Under the pieces are notes generated by a model, which did not search any database, was not told the origin of the DNA, and saw only the letters and a list, made by a program, of their open reading frames with translations. Made by a program: the position numbers and the translations under genes. Positions 1-9,473 of a stretch of DNA of 64,000 nucleotides are shown here, one piece after another (within the stretch, counting starts at the first letter, position 1; each line of letters opens with the position of its first letter). The stretch comes from Candidatus Hadarchaeota archaeon (GTDB taxonomy: Archaea > Hadarchaeota > Hadarchaeia > Hadarchaeales > JAGGTB01): positions 150,307-214,306 of the forward strand of contig CAYLJV010000003.1 in the NCBI GenBank assembly GCA_964384105.1. The letters run 5' to 3'.

Positions 1-2
1 TC

Positions 3-47
3 GCGAGTGTTGATGCTACGGAAGAAATGATGAAGTTTAAGAGGTAA
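3..47 (+). CDS. 3' end of a gene entering the window (partial, product unknown)
   Basis: Open frame ASVDATEEMMKFKR ending TAA at 45-47, followed by a T-tract; convergent with the next gene. Confidence 0.35.
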   Translation, partial: ASVDATEEMMKFKR

Positions 48-73
48 ATACTCTTTTTTACTTAATTTGGATT

Positions 74-1432
74 TTATTCTATTGGACAGGATACTGAATT
101 CCAACCTGCAGTTCCACCCAATATGACGGTCAGATTGTCCCAACCGTTCCTTTTTAGAATACTGGCAGCAATCGTAGAGCGCAGCCCGCTCCCACAGAAG
201 ATGTATATTTGCTTATTTTTGGGTATTTTTTCTAGATTTTTTGGAATTTGTGTTAGGTGAATGTGATTGGCGTCGGAAATTCTATTTGTCTTAACTTCTT
301 CTTCACTTCTTACATCCAAAATCCAGGCGGATTCCTCCTTACTATCGAGTAAACCACAGAAGTCATGAACGTCGATTGTCCTTATAGCCTCGCTTTTGTG
401 GCCTTTCTTATGCCAGGACAACATCCCGCCCGAGAGGTAACCCTCCAGATTATCGTAGCCTAACCGGATTAAATAACGAACTGCTTGGGTTGGGTCATTA
501 GATTTATTGTTAAGGAGAATGGGTTTATCGTGGGGTATAAACCAACCTGCGAAGTTGGGTAGTCCCGCTTCCCAGATGGAGAGCGCTCCAGGAATGTGAG
601 CGGAGGCGAATCCGAGTTCTATTCTCGTGTCGACTACAATTGAGTCCTCCATTTTTTCGGAAAACTCGTCTGGAGAAAGAGGTTCAGGGGTTGGTAGATG
701 TTCTAGAATGGGTGGTCCGTGGGTGTTTAATTTTTCCATCTTTCTGAAGTAGGGTGGTCTTTCGAGTTTGGCAGCGACTTTAGAGATAAAAACTTCTTTA
801 TCTTTGTGCTGAAGTTTGGGATTAGTACGTTTCTCCAAACCTACCGTAGTCCATAATCTTTCGCCTATGGATGATCCACAGACAGATCCTGCTCCATGAG
901 CTGGGCATACTAATACCTCCTCACCAAGAGGAATTATCTTCTCGAATATCGAATCATAAAGTTTTCCTGCCATTTCTTCGGCTTTTTCCATGCCCATTAG
1001 GTCTACTCTACCTACATCCCCGGCGAATAGAACATCACCAGTGAAAATAATCCAGGGTTCTCCTTGGTCGTCTTTGAGTAGGTAGCTCATGCTTCCTGGT
1101 GTATGTCCTGGTGTGTGTATAGCTTCTATTTCTAAACGACCTACCCTCCAGAGTTGGCCTTCCTTTGCTTCTTTCCCATACTTGTAGTCTAATTGTGAGT
1201 CGGCATGCCAGATATCGGCGTTTGAGCGGGTAGCTAGCTCGGGTGAACCGATCAGGTAGTCCTCATTTCTGTGGGTTTCCAGTATATGCTTTATATCGTA
1301 CCCTTTTTTCATTGCTTTTTCTATGTAAACTTGGCAGTCTCTTCGGGGGTCGATTACTATGGCTTCTCCGAGGTCTCCAATTAGGTAGGAATAGTGTGCT
1401 AGACCTTTTGATTCTATCCTCTCAAATAATAT
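74..1432 (-). CDS. MBL-fold metallo-hydrolase fused to two rhodanese domains
   Basis: ETHRNEDY, HTPGHT, FTGDVLF and PAHGAGSVCG MBL motifs; C-terminal rhodanese with FCGSGLRS. The frame stays open 40 codons upstream of the track's ATG at 1312 (ILFERIESKGLAHYSYLIGD...DPRRD), back to ATA at 1432. Confidence 0.9.
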   Translation of the reverse strand: MLFERIESKGLAHYSYLIGDLGEAIVIDPRRDCQVYIEKAMKKGYDIKHILETHRNEDYLIGSPELATRSNADIWHADSQLDYKYGKEAKEGQLWRVGRLEIEAIHTPGHTPGSMSYLLKDDQGEPWIIFTGDVLFAGDVGRVDLMGMEKAEEMAGKLYDSIFEKIIPLGEEVLVCPAHGAGSVCGSSIGERLWTTVGLEKRTNPKLQHKDKEVFISKVAAKLERPPYFRKMEKLNTHGPPILEHLPTPEPLSPDEFSEKMEDSIVVDTRIELGFASAHIPGALSIWEAGLPNFAGWFIPHDKPILLNNKSNDPTQAVRYLIRLGYDNLEGYLSGGMLSWHKKGHKSEAIRTIDVHDFCGLLDSKEESAWILDVRSEEEVKTNRISDANHIHLTQIPKNLEKIPKNKQIYIFCGSGLRSTIAASILKRNGWDNLTVILGGTAGWNSVSCPIE

Positions 1433-1444
1433 TCTATCAACCCT

Positions 1445-3082
1445 TTATTTTTCTCTTAAACATAGAAAATAAAAAGACTGGTTTTCGGAATTTGATTGAT
1501 TTACAACTTGGCTACTACTAATAGTAGTGAAGACAGGACCGCGGATATCTATTTTCTTGTTATTGTTGGTAATGTACCTTCTGGCTGGTTTCTCAAGTTT
1601 TAGGTTTATATCTCCTAGTGATTCTACGATTGGGACTCTAACTTCTATTTCCCCTTTTCTGCTTTCTACCGCTTTTTCTATTTCCCGTGAAGCCATGTTG
1701 GCAACGGCTTTCATGTACGTCAAGTCTGTTTTTATTCCCCCTTTGCGAACTTTTTGCAAAAATTCATCTTTTTTCAAACCCTCTGGAGGGACTCCTACTA
1801 TATTACCGTCGAAAACATATATCTCGTTGAAGGCGGCTGGTCCTATTAGTTTAGTGTTTTCTTCTGGTTCCTTTACAAAAACAGAAATATCCTTTCCCTT
1901 CAAGTTCCCCTCGAAGACTTTAAATTCGCAGGGACTAGGCTTGTCTTTAAATTTATAAGCAACTCCTTCAATTTTTTCAGCCAGTTTTTTACCTTCTTTT
2001 GTCTCTGGTTTTTTATCAAATTCGAGCATTTCCGATATCTGTTTGTCAGAAAATTCTATTTTTTCGTATCTGTATGGATATACTATTCTTCGAATATCTT
2101 CCTCTCCTGTTCGAATCATAAGGACCCTTTCGAGGCCAACTCCTAAATTGAAAACGGGATAAGGGATATCATAATTTGCTAACGAGACGGGGCTGTAAAA
2201 TCCGGCATTTCCTATTTCAATCATCTCTCCCGTTTTCGGATGCCTTACAAAAATTTCGAATTCGGATCCCGGTGCATAATATTTTGATGTAGCACTTTTT
2301 ATTTTGCATTCGACTTTATCAAAACCGAATTTTTTCATAATCTTCCTTGCTATCCTTTTTCCATCTTCTAAACTCATTTTTTCTGACATGATTACTATAG
2401 AACCGGTCCAAGAACGGTAAAGATGGGTTTTATCTAATTTTTGCTCTCTTCTATATTTTGGACCTACCGTAAATAGTTGGAGTGGTAGGGGTTCTCTGTT
2501 TTGCATCTCTTCTAAGATCTGAAACCAACCCGCCGTAGTGTGGGATCGAAGAGTCATATTTGAGGGAATAGGTTTCAGCTTTTTGAAGTCCTCAAAAAGT
2601 GATAGAATATGCGAAGCTTCACTTTCTTCTAGGTCAAGTTCTTCTACGAGAACTTCGGTGAGGTCATCTGATGATATTTCCCCCTGCTTGTATCTTCTAA
2701 AGATTCCTTCCAGCTCATTCGTTTTGCCGAATTCAGGAATCTCTTCTTTTATTTTTTCCAGATCTTTTTTACTTATGCCGAGATCAGAACGGTCTAGTCC
2801 AGCCAAAAAGAAAACCCTATCGAGAATTATGGGTGCTTCAGGCCCGTACTGTTTTCTAATTTCATCTTTTTCTATTAAGGTAGGAACTATCATTTCTTTG
2901 AATCCTAAATCTATCAGCTTGCTCCTCAGTTCTTGCACTAGGTCAAAAAGAGGGTGTTTTTCTCCCTTATTCTCAAGTTCGAAAAATTTTCCTTTTTCCT
3001 CGATTAATTCTCCTGATTCTTTCCATGCTTTTTCGTAGTTCTTTTCTGATTTTTCTTTCAGATTTTTGATATTATATCTCAT
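1445..3082 (-). CDS. sepS: O-phosphoseryl-tRNA(Cys) synthetase (SepRS)
   Basis: QYGPEAPIILDRVFFLAGL, TLRSHTTAGWF, YRREQKLD, GFYSPVSLANYDIPYPVFNLGVGLERV and IDIRGPVF motifs of SepRS. Confidence 0.95.
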   Translation of the reverse strand: MRYNIKNLKEKSEKNYEKAWKESGELIEEKGKFFELENKGEKHPLFDLVQELRSKLIDLGFKEMIVPTLIEKDEIRKQYGPEAPIILDRVFFLAGLDRSDLGISKKDLEKIKEEIPEFGKTNELEGIFRRYKQGEISSDDLTEVLVEELDLEESEASHILSLFEDFKKLKPIPSNMTLRSHTTAGWFQILEEMQNREPLPLQLFTVGPKYRREQKLDKTHLYRSWTGSIVIMSEKMSLEDGKRIARKIMKKFGFDKVECKIKSATSKYYAPGSEFEIFVRHPKTGEMIEIGNAGFYSPVSLANYDIPYPVFNLGVGLERVLMIRTGEEDIRRIVYPYRYEKIEFSDKQISEMLEFDKKPETKEGKKLAEKIEGVAYKFKDKPSPCEFKVFEGNLKGKDISVFVKEPEENTKLIGPAAFNEIYVFDGNIVGVPPEGLKKDEFLQKVRKGGIKTDLTYMKAVANMASREIEKAVESRKGEIEVRVPIVESLGDINLKLEKPARRYITNNNKKIDIRGPVFTTISSSQVVNQSNSENQSFYFLCLREK

Positions 3083-3085
3083 TTC

Positions 3086-3718
3086 TCAGTCACTCACTTT
3101 TTTCTCAGCTTTGGTTAGAGCCTTTTCAAGTTTATTCTCTCTTACGGCTCGAGTAATATCTGCTCTTGTCTCTTCGAGAGAATTTCTTGCTACATCGCGG
3201 CGATGTTTCATTCCGGGGAGAATTGAATCGGGGTAGTCAAACTGCTCCAATAGATCGAACATCTGCTCCATCATATCATAAGTTCTTTTTGCTTCTTTTA
3301 GCTCGTCTTCACGTAATGAGTCTAAAAAGTGCCTTCTGAGCTCTCCGATTGTTTCTGCGAGGGCTTGAGCGTAGCCTTTGTGAAGTACGCCTATTTCAGT
3401 AGCTTTTGGTAGTTCTTCTTTTTCAATTATTGTTTTTGTTAGTACTAGTTCTGCAAATTCTCGATTTGCTGCTATAACGGCACCATGGTCTATAAATTGA
3501 GGTTCGGAATCTAATATTCTGTTTAATTTCTCGACATTTTGCCGGATTTTTTTAACTTTTTCTTCGAGTTCTTTTTTTTCTCCCCTATAAAGAGTAGCCA
3601 TTGCTCTAGAACATTTTCGGATTACATTATGGGAGATATCCAGCAGGTTATCTCTAATTTCTTCTTGTTTGTCTAGATATTCTCTAATCTCGTTTACGGA
3701 TTCAAACATATTGTTCAT
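3086..3718 (-). CDS. Translin/Trax-family (archaeal C3PO-like) protein
   Basis: Helical 210 aa; EFAE and LAETIGELRRHFLD motifs; GMKHRRDVARNSLEETRAD C-terminus. Confidence 0.85.
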   Translation of the reverse strand: MNNMFESVNEIREYLDKQEEIRDNLLDISHNVIRKCSRAMATLYRGEKKELEEKVKKIRQNVEKLNRILDSEPQFIDHGAVIAANREFAELVLTKTIIEKEELPKATEIGVLHKGYAQALAETIGELRRHFLDSLREDELKEAKRTYDMMEQMFDLLEQFDYPDSILPGMKHRRDVARNSLEETRADITRAVRENKLEKALTKAEKKVSD

Positions 3719-3772
3719 CTGAATTTAATCACTAAGTGATTTTAATTTTCTTCTTTGTTTTTCTCGGCAACT

Positions 3773-4201
3773 TTACTTTTGAAATTCCTCGGAAGGTTTG
3801 AGCATATTTGTTCGTTTGTATCGATTCTTTTCGATCGCATTTTTCTTCTCTAGGTTATTAACTAAAGCACTAAGTTTTGATTTAGAGAATTTGAGTTCTC
3901 TTCTCAGGTCATCTTGTCGGATTTCCCCGTTTTGCATTATTTTTCTTAAAACAGTCTCTTCGTCTTCGCTTAACGTCATGAGTGCAGTCTTGATTGCTCT
4001 TTCTTTTATGTATTTATTTATGAGCCAGTAAAGGACTAGACCAATGACCGAAGAAATCGTGATTAGTATTATAATACTTACCCCTATGGAGTAGAGGTTT
4101 ACTCCTGGCGTTCCTCCAGTCAGAGAGAATAGTACAATTCCTAGCCCACCCTGGAGTATGGCAACTATCAAAACGACTTGGAGAAAATCCTTGAATTTCA
4201 T
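3773..4201 (-). CDS. Membrane-anchored winged-helix (MarR-like) protein
   Basis: Two N-terminal TM segments; C-terminal LSEDEETVL...IRQDDLRRELKFSKSKLSALVNNLEKKNAIEK wHTH. Confidence 0.75.
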   Translation of the reverse strand: MKFKDFLQVVLIVAILQGGLGIVLFSLTGGTPGVNLYSIGVSIIILITISSVIGLVLYWLINKYIKERAIKTALMTLSEDEETVLRKIMQNGEIRQDDLRRELKFSKSKLSALVNNLEKKNAIEKNRYKRTNMLKPSEEFQK

Positions 4202-4294
4202 TGTTAATATAAGCGTCTATTTTTTGTAAAAATTTTTGCACTCCTATTATCATTTGTGATAATAGTTTTTCTGGGGTTAATAATGGCTTTGGGA

Positions 4295-5224
4295 CTAGAA
4301 TCCGGATTCAAGTAGTACTACTCTGCTTGGTTCAAATCCGTCTGTGATTCTGTAACCAGTTATGTCTGCTATTTTCTTTGCAAATTCCTTGATTTCAGAA
4401 TATGTTGGCATATATTTCATACCTAATCTCGCTCTCGAGTGGCCCACTGCTACGTAGCCTTTCGGTTCAACGAAGTTCGGTTTGGCTTTTTCTATAAGTC
4501 TGGCATAACCCGAGGGATTCTTCAGATTAAGTCCTTTTACCAAAGTTAAACGCAGAACATTGATGCTTTCGAATGATTGCATGAGTTCAAGACTTTCGTT
4601 TAATTTTTCCCATGGTTGGGGAGTCATGGGATTGCAAGTTTTGATATACGTTTTTTTATCTGGAGCGACTGTTGATATATAGAGCTGAGCTGGATCTCTA
4701 ATTTTTTCGAGATTTTCTGGGTGTTGTCCGTTGGTTACTAAAAATGGGGATATTTTTCGTTTTTGGCACTCTTCGATGAGTGTATCTAGCTTGGGATATA
4801 ATGTGGGTTCTCCGTCCAACGATATTGCTGCTAGGTTAGGATTTTGGGCTTCCTTCCATTTTTCTTTGTCTGCGTTTGGATTACCCTTGAATCCGCTCAG
4901 AAGAAGTCTTTGTTCCTCTATAGCTTCCTCTATTATAGTAGACGGTTCATCAACAGGTCCATCCCATCGGGGTATATTATGTTTTACATTTCTCCAACAG
5001 AACTCGCATCTATTATCGCAGAAGGGTAGACTTGGGGTAATTTGGAGACATCTGTGACTTTTTATTCCGTGAATTTTTTCGTAAAACTTTTGTTTGTAGC
5101 AGATGCTTTCTCCTAGAATGCTTTTTTTGGTCCATCTACAGATTTTGATGGCGCTGTGTTTGTGTTTTCCGACTAATCGATATCCGCATTCTTCGATTTT
5201 TTCGATTTCTTCTGATTCAATCAT
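4295..5224 (-). CDS. taw1: 4-demethylwyosine synthase TYW1 (radical SAM)
   Basis: HSAIKICRWTK, CYKQKFY, SHRCLQITP, CxxxCxxC (CDNRCEFC), SLDGEPTLYP. Confidence 0.95.
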   Translation of the reverse strand: MIESEEIEKIEECGYRLVGKHKHSAIKICRWTKKSILGESICYKQKFYEKIHGIKSHRCLQITPSLPFCDNRCEFCWRNVKHNIPRWDGPVDEPSTIIEEAIEEQRLLLSGFKGNPNADKEKWKEAQNPNLAAISLDGEPTLYPKLDTLIEECQKRKISPFLVTNGQHPENLEKIRDPAQLYISTVAPDKKTYIKTCNPMTPQPWEKLNESLELMQSFESINVLRLTLVKGLNLKNPSGYARLIEKAKPNFVEPKGYVAVGHSRARLGMKYMPTYSEIKEFAKKIADITGYRITDGFEPSRVVLLESGF

Positions 5225-6212
5225 CTTCCGAGCTCCGCGGTTCAAGCATTTTTTCTAACTCTTTCAGAGCCTTTTCTTTGACTTCTTCCAGCTCGGCTTT
5301 GACTTTCATTCCAGCCGCACCAGCGTGGCCACCACCTGTTCCCCCGAATTGATCCGCAATATTAGACATCAGTTCGCCTAGGTGAAGATGAGTTTCAGAA
5401 GCTACTCCACTCCGGGCCCTTGAGCTAATTCTAATACTTTCTCCGTTTTGACTTGCCACGATAGATACGTCGGCTCCTATTTTCAAGAACATCGTTGCGG
5501 CGTCTGATTCATATGCCCCGATCTCAGAAAAGACGACCCAATTTCCGTGATACTTATGCGGGTCCGATCTTTGAGCTGCCTTTAGCATTGCTACTCTTTT
5601 TGAGGGTTCTTCAGGAGTTTGAAGTGCTTCCAAAGCCTTTCTATAATCCGCTCCGTTTTCTATTAGGTCTGCCACTGCTTTGAAAGTTTGCTCATCGGCG
5701 AATTTGAAGTGGCCGGTATCGCTTATTATTCCGGTGAGCATGAGGGTAGATGTCTTTGGACCGAATTTGTGTTTCATAGCCTGACCTAGTTTTAATACAA
5801 GTTCTACGGTCGAAGTGGCTTCTTCTTCGACGTAGTATACATCAACTCTTTCTTCCATCCTTCCATCTGGTCGGTGATGGTCGATAAAAATAAGCTTCAA
5901 ATCTGCATTTTTAATTTTTTCATAATATTCTTCTAATTGTTCTAGAGTAGAGGTATCTAGGATGATTGCAACATCTGCATCAATGTCGGGATCTATCTCT
6001 ATGTCTATTTCCAAAGATTCTAGTACACTTTTGGCTACGTTGCTTAAAGTTTTGGGGACTCCTGTTTTTACAGTTCCTCCAAGAGACTTCAAAAGCTCGG
6101 CTATCCCTATTATCGAACCGACAGCATCAGGGTCAGCGTGAGGGTGCCCAAGTACGAGAAATTTTAGTTTATCTACTTGAAGCTCTTTGAAATGCTGAGC
6201 TAATTTCTTCAT
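5217..6212 (-). CDS. DHH/DHHA1 phosphoesterase (nanoRNase/pAp phosphatase-like)
   Basis: HPHADPDAVGS, IDHH, GIISDTGHF and GGGHAGAAG motifs. Confidence 0.9.
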   Translation of the reverse strand: MKKLAQHFKELQVDKLKFLVLGHPHADPDAVGSIIGIAELLKSLGGTVKTGVPKTLSNVAKSVLESLEIDIEIDPDIDADVAIILDTSTLEQLEEYYEKIKNADLKLIFIDHHRPDGRMEERVDVYYVEEEATSTVELVLKLGQAMKHKFGPKTSTLMLTGIISDTGHFKFADEQTFKAVADLIENGADYRKALEALQTPEEPSKRVAMLKAAQRSDPHKYHGNWVVFSEIGAYESDAATMFLKIGADVSIVASQNGESIRISSRARSGVASETHLHLGELMSNIADQFGGTGGGHAGAAGMKVKAELEEVKEKALKELEKMLEPRSSEDD

Positions 6213-6238
6213 ATGTCCGCCTTGCTTTTATTGTTGGG

Positions 6239-6601
6239 TTACCCTGCCTTTCCGGATGGTTGCTGTTGAATAGCGTCCTGGATTTTGGCTTGTAATTCTT
6301 CGAGTTTCTTATTAATTCGTTCTTCTTGGCGCTCGATCTGTTTTATGCGCAAGTTAAGAGTTTCTCTTCTGTCTTCCTGCTCTTCTTTAGCGTCGGCTAA
6401 GTCAGTCTTTAACATGATTCCACCAACACTTTTGTAGAGCGTAGTTTCTTCGTTAATGTTTCCTAACTCCTCGAGAGCTCTTTCAACTTCTTTGAGGTTT
6501 ATTTTCAATTGCTGCTTTTGCCTTGCTAGAGATTGTGCTTGCTGCTGGAATTGTTGCAGCTGTGCAACCTGTTGTTGGACTTGGGGTGGTAATTGTTCCA
6601 T
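6239..6601 (-). CDS. pfdB: Prefoldin beta subunit
   Basis: LPPQVQQQVAQLQQ, YKSVGGIMLK hairpin, coiled coils; conserved position in the superoperon. Confidence 0.95.
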   Translation of the reverse strand: MEQLPPQVQQQVAQLQQFQQQAQSLARQKQQLKINLKEVERALEELGNINEETTLYKSVGGIMLKTDLADAKEEQEDRRETLNLRIKQIERQEERINKKLEELQAKIQDAIQQQPSGKAG

Positions 6602-6862
6602 TTAACTCCTCCTATATTTTGTCATATCACGTGCTATGGCTGCCCAGCGAAGGAACGAATTTATCGCCGCTCGGAGCGCAGCCGTATCTCTTGCATTTAT
6701 ATCTAAACTTAAAATGTTTTTCCTGTGTGTTATATCTACTTCAGCCCTCGATGCTTTAGGGGGAAGTCCTTCAACCTTGAGTGCTTCCATAACGACTTTC
6801 GCTGTTTTAGAATCTTTAAAAGCTATTTCAATGACTGAATTTGCTTCTAGAGCTTCAGCCAT
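6602..6862 (-). CDS. pcc1: KEOPS complex subunit Pcc1
   Basis: INARDTAALRAAINSFLRW motif; position between rpoP and pfdB. Confidence 0.9.
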   Translation of the reverse strand: MAEALEANSVIEIAFKDSKTAKVVMEALKVEGLPPKASRAEVDITHRKNILSLDINARDTAALRAAINSFLRWAAIARDMTKYRRS

Positions 6863-6994
6863 CTACCTCGCCTTTACTTTTCTAACCACATCAGGTCTTA
6901 TTTTAAAAAGAATTCTAGACCCGCAGTATGGACAGCGATTTGTTGTCGGATCCAATTCTTCAAGTTTTCTATGACATTTTCCACATTTGTACAT
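6863..6994 (-). CDS. rpoP: RNA polymerase subunit P (Rpo12), 43 aa; absent from the ORF track
   Basis: Hand translation MYKCGKCHRKLEELDPTTNRCPYCGSRILFKIRPDVVRKVKAR; Zn ribbon; canonical position after rpl37ae. Confidence 0.95.
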   Translation of the reverse strand: MYKCGKCHRKLEELDPTTNRCPYCGSRILFKIRPDVVRKVKAR

Positions 6995-7285
6995 CTATTT
7001 TTCCTCCGATGGTATACTACCGGACTCGGCCTTGATTTGTTTTTGTACTGAAGTAATTTTTGGGCTATAAGCTTTGGCAGCGAATTTTGTTCCACAGCGA
7101 TTGCACTGCCAAATCCCAGAGCCTACTCTTTTGACTTTCTTTGATTCGCATTCCGGACAGGTATGATAGCCCTTTTCTTTTTTTTCTACCGAAAGGACTC
7201 TTTGTCTTATCTTAGTCCCATATCTAGGGCCGAATCTGCCAGTAGATCCAACTTTGTGTTTTTGTTTTTTCTTTTTCTTTGGCAT
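6995..7285 (-). CDS. rpl37ae: 50S ribosomal protein L37Ae (eL43)
   Basis: [16 protein letters not shown]...GIWQCNRCG. Confidence 0.97.
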   Translation of the reverse strand: MPKKKKKQKHKVGSTGRFGPRYGTKIRQRVLSVEKKEKGYHTCPECESKKVKRVGSGIWQCNRCGTKFAAKAYSPKITSVQKQIKAESGSIPSEEK

Positions 7286-7289
7286 AGTT

Positions 7290-8060
7290 TTACTCTAATT
7301 TCTTACGAAGCTCTTTAGACTTAACTTTTGCCCATTCCTCTGCTTTAAGGAAATCTTCCTTTTTGAGAGGTGCTGAACCACCCTTTTGCATGGCACATAT
7401 GCTCCCGTCTTCGAGAGTCGCAAGAGTGAATCTTGCATCCATTACGTTTTCTTCTTCTAGACAGGGGTCTACCATTAGGGCGTTACCGATTTTGGCAAAA
7501 GTTGTAGTGATTGGTTTCTGTGTAACTGGGAATTCAGATAGCTCCCAATTCTCATCATCTGGAGCTTCTGCAGTTAGCAGTGCGGCAACTGATGCCAAAG
7601 CGCTGGCATCAATTAGATTACCGTCATGATCCAGTACATGGATATCTACAAAGACCATCCATATTTCTTCCTCAGGTACTATACAAAGCTTATCGAGTTC
7701 GATCATTTTTGATTCTCGTATTCCTCTATCCACTACTCGAGCTAGTTCTGTAGCTTCTTCTCCAGGTGGCCCTGCTTCAAAAGATGCATGAGCCATTGGC
7801 GCTAGTTCAGCGTTGGTCATTAGTACTCCTTCGTCGGGTTTGTCGGGATAGGGCGTTCCTATACCAACTTTTACTCCAGCGAGTACTTGTGTACTACCCA
7901 TTTTAACAAGGGCTGATCCTTCAGCGTTTCCTGCCCATCCAGTCTCTACAGTGATATTCCTGTATTGGTCCATAGCTCTGGCGTCTACTCTCTTACCTTC
8001 TTCCGCTAAGTCGGTTATGTAATCCTTTTTAACCGTAGAAATTATATCTTCGTGACTCAT
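7290..8060 (-). CDS. rrp42: Exosome subunit Rrp42
   Basis: RNase PH fold; [33 protein letters not shown]. Confidence 0.97.
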   Translation of the reverse strand: MSHEDIISTVKKDYITDLAEEGKRVDARAMDQYRNITVETGWAGNAEGSALVKMGSTQVLAGVKVGIGTPYPDKPDEGVLMTNAELAPMAHASFEAGPPGEEATELARVVDRGIRESKMIELDKLCIVPEEEIWMVFVDIHVLDHDGNLIDASALASVAALLTAEAPDDENWELSEFPVTQKPITTTFAKIGNALMVDPCLEEENVMDARFTLATLEDGSICAMQKGGSAPLKKEDFLKAEEWAKVKSKELRKKLE

Positions 8061-8782
8061 TCTTTATCCTCCATTGCATATTTTTTCTTCAAGGCTTCTC
8101 TCTGTTTCTCGTATACTTTCTTGCAACCTTTGATAGCAAGTTCCAGTGCTTCTTCAAATTCTCCTTCTTCAAAATGTCCGTCCATCTGCAAAAGTGTTAT
8201 GCTGTCTTTTTGTGGCATGTAAGCTATTGGCATGTCTCCTTCACCGAATTGATCCTCTTCTTTTTGAAGATCTAGGAGGATCTTACCGTCAGCTTTACCT
8301 GCGGCTATGGATGCTACTAAATCTCTCATGGGAATTCCAGCGTCTGCTAGAGCTACTGAAGCTGCGGTGATTGCAGCTGTCCTAGTTCCTGCACTTGATT
8401 GGAGCAGTTCCATTGAGACATCTATTACAGCTCTTGGATACTGCTCTAGAAAAACTGCAGGTTCTAAGGCTTCTCTAGCAACTTTTGAAATTTCCGTTGA
8501 TCTTCTGCTTGGCCCGGGTCTCTTTCGATCCTCTACGGAGAATGGGGCCATATTATATCTTACTCTGAGTACTGCTCTATCCATTCTTTGCAAATGTCTT
8601 GGATGCATTTCTCTTGGGCCGTAAACGGCCGCAATAGCTTTGTTTTTACCTAGTTCCAAATAAGCAGATCCATCGGCTTTTTCCAGTATTCCTGCTTCGA
8701 TACTTAACGGTCTCATTTCATCAGGATCTCTTCCGTCCAATCTCTTGCCGTCTATTATTAGCTTCTCGGGTTTATTTACCAT
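8057..8782 (-). CDS. rrp41: Exosome subunit Rrp41
   Basis: [46 protein letters not shown]; start at the ATG after GGAGG. Confidence 0.97.
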   Translation of the reverse strand: MVNKPEKLIIDGKRLDGRDPDEMRPLSIEAGILEKADGSAYLELGKNKAIAAVYGPREMHPRHLQRMDRAVLRVRYNMAPFSVEDRKRPGPSRRSTEISKVAREALEPAVFLEQYPRAVIDVSMELLQSSAGTRTAAITAASVALADAGIPMRDLVASIAAGKADGKILLDLQKEEDQFGEGDMPIAYMPQKDSITLLQMDGHFEEGEFEEALELAIKGCKKVYEKQREALKKKYAMEDKE

Positions 8783-8786
8783 TTTT

Positions 8787-9473
8787 TTAGCCTCCTTCAT
8801 TCTTTTGTAAGAATTTACGAATACGATCAGTTAATCCGCTAGTATGAGCTTCTCTTTCTATCATGAATATTGCCTTAACTACTCTGTTTATTTGACTTTT
8901 ATTATCTCCCCATATCATTATCCTTCCGTTTTGCCCAATTGATAGAGTACATTTACCTATCTTTTGTAATATGGAAATCATGGAACCCTTACGTCCAATA
9001 ACTCGGGGTATTTTTGAAGGTGAAATTTCGATAAGTTTTCCGCCCCCTATTTTTCCTCTTTCGCCTTCCGTGACTTCTAATCTTACGTTCATTAATTCGT
9101 CTACATCTTGAACTTTGGCTTCAACGATGTCCCCAGCTTCTAAGAATTCGCTGATATCCTCCTCATCAAGGTCAACTCGTCTTTGTAGAAGAGACGAAAC
9201 GGATAGATTTCCTTCGTAAGGTGATTTGATATCGAGTAACCACCCTGCATAATAATCATCTATAACTACACCAAGAACCTTGTCTCCCACCTGAGGAATA
9301 TATCGACCTTCGAGAGGAATTGTTCTTATTCTGTTGCCTCGCTTATCTACTAGGCCTACTTGCGAAGCTCTTATGTTGTCGCCGTCCTTGAAAACCCCTT
9401 CCCCAATTTTGTAGTCTCCTTCTGCAAGGATTTGGCCAGGGATTACAAGCTCTCTTTTTTCGACATGCATCAT
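8787..9473 (-). CDS. rrp4: Exosome RNA-binding subunit Rrp4
   Basis: S1 and KH domains; [23 protein letters not shown]. Confidence 0.95.
   Translation of the reverse strand: MMHVEKRELVIPGQILAEGDYKIGEGVFKDGDNIRASQVGLVDKRGNRIRTIPLEGRYIPQVGDKVLGVVIDDYYAGWLLDIKSPYEGNLSVSSLLQRRVDLDEEDISEFLEAGDIVEAKVQDVDELMNVRLEVTEGERGKIGGGKLIEISPSKIPRVIGRKGSMISILQKIGKCTLSIGQNGRIMIWGDNKSQINRVVKAIFMIEREAHTSGLTDRIRKFLQKNEGG

Noticed and set aside
4014-4253. 79-aa minus-strand ORF overlapping the wHTH gene
   Set aside because: Alternate frame of a real gene with no recognisable features.
6898-7095. 65-aa minus-strand ORF
   Set aside because: Wrong frame; the region is fully explained by rpl37ae and rpoP.
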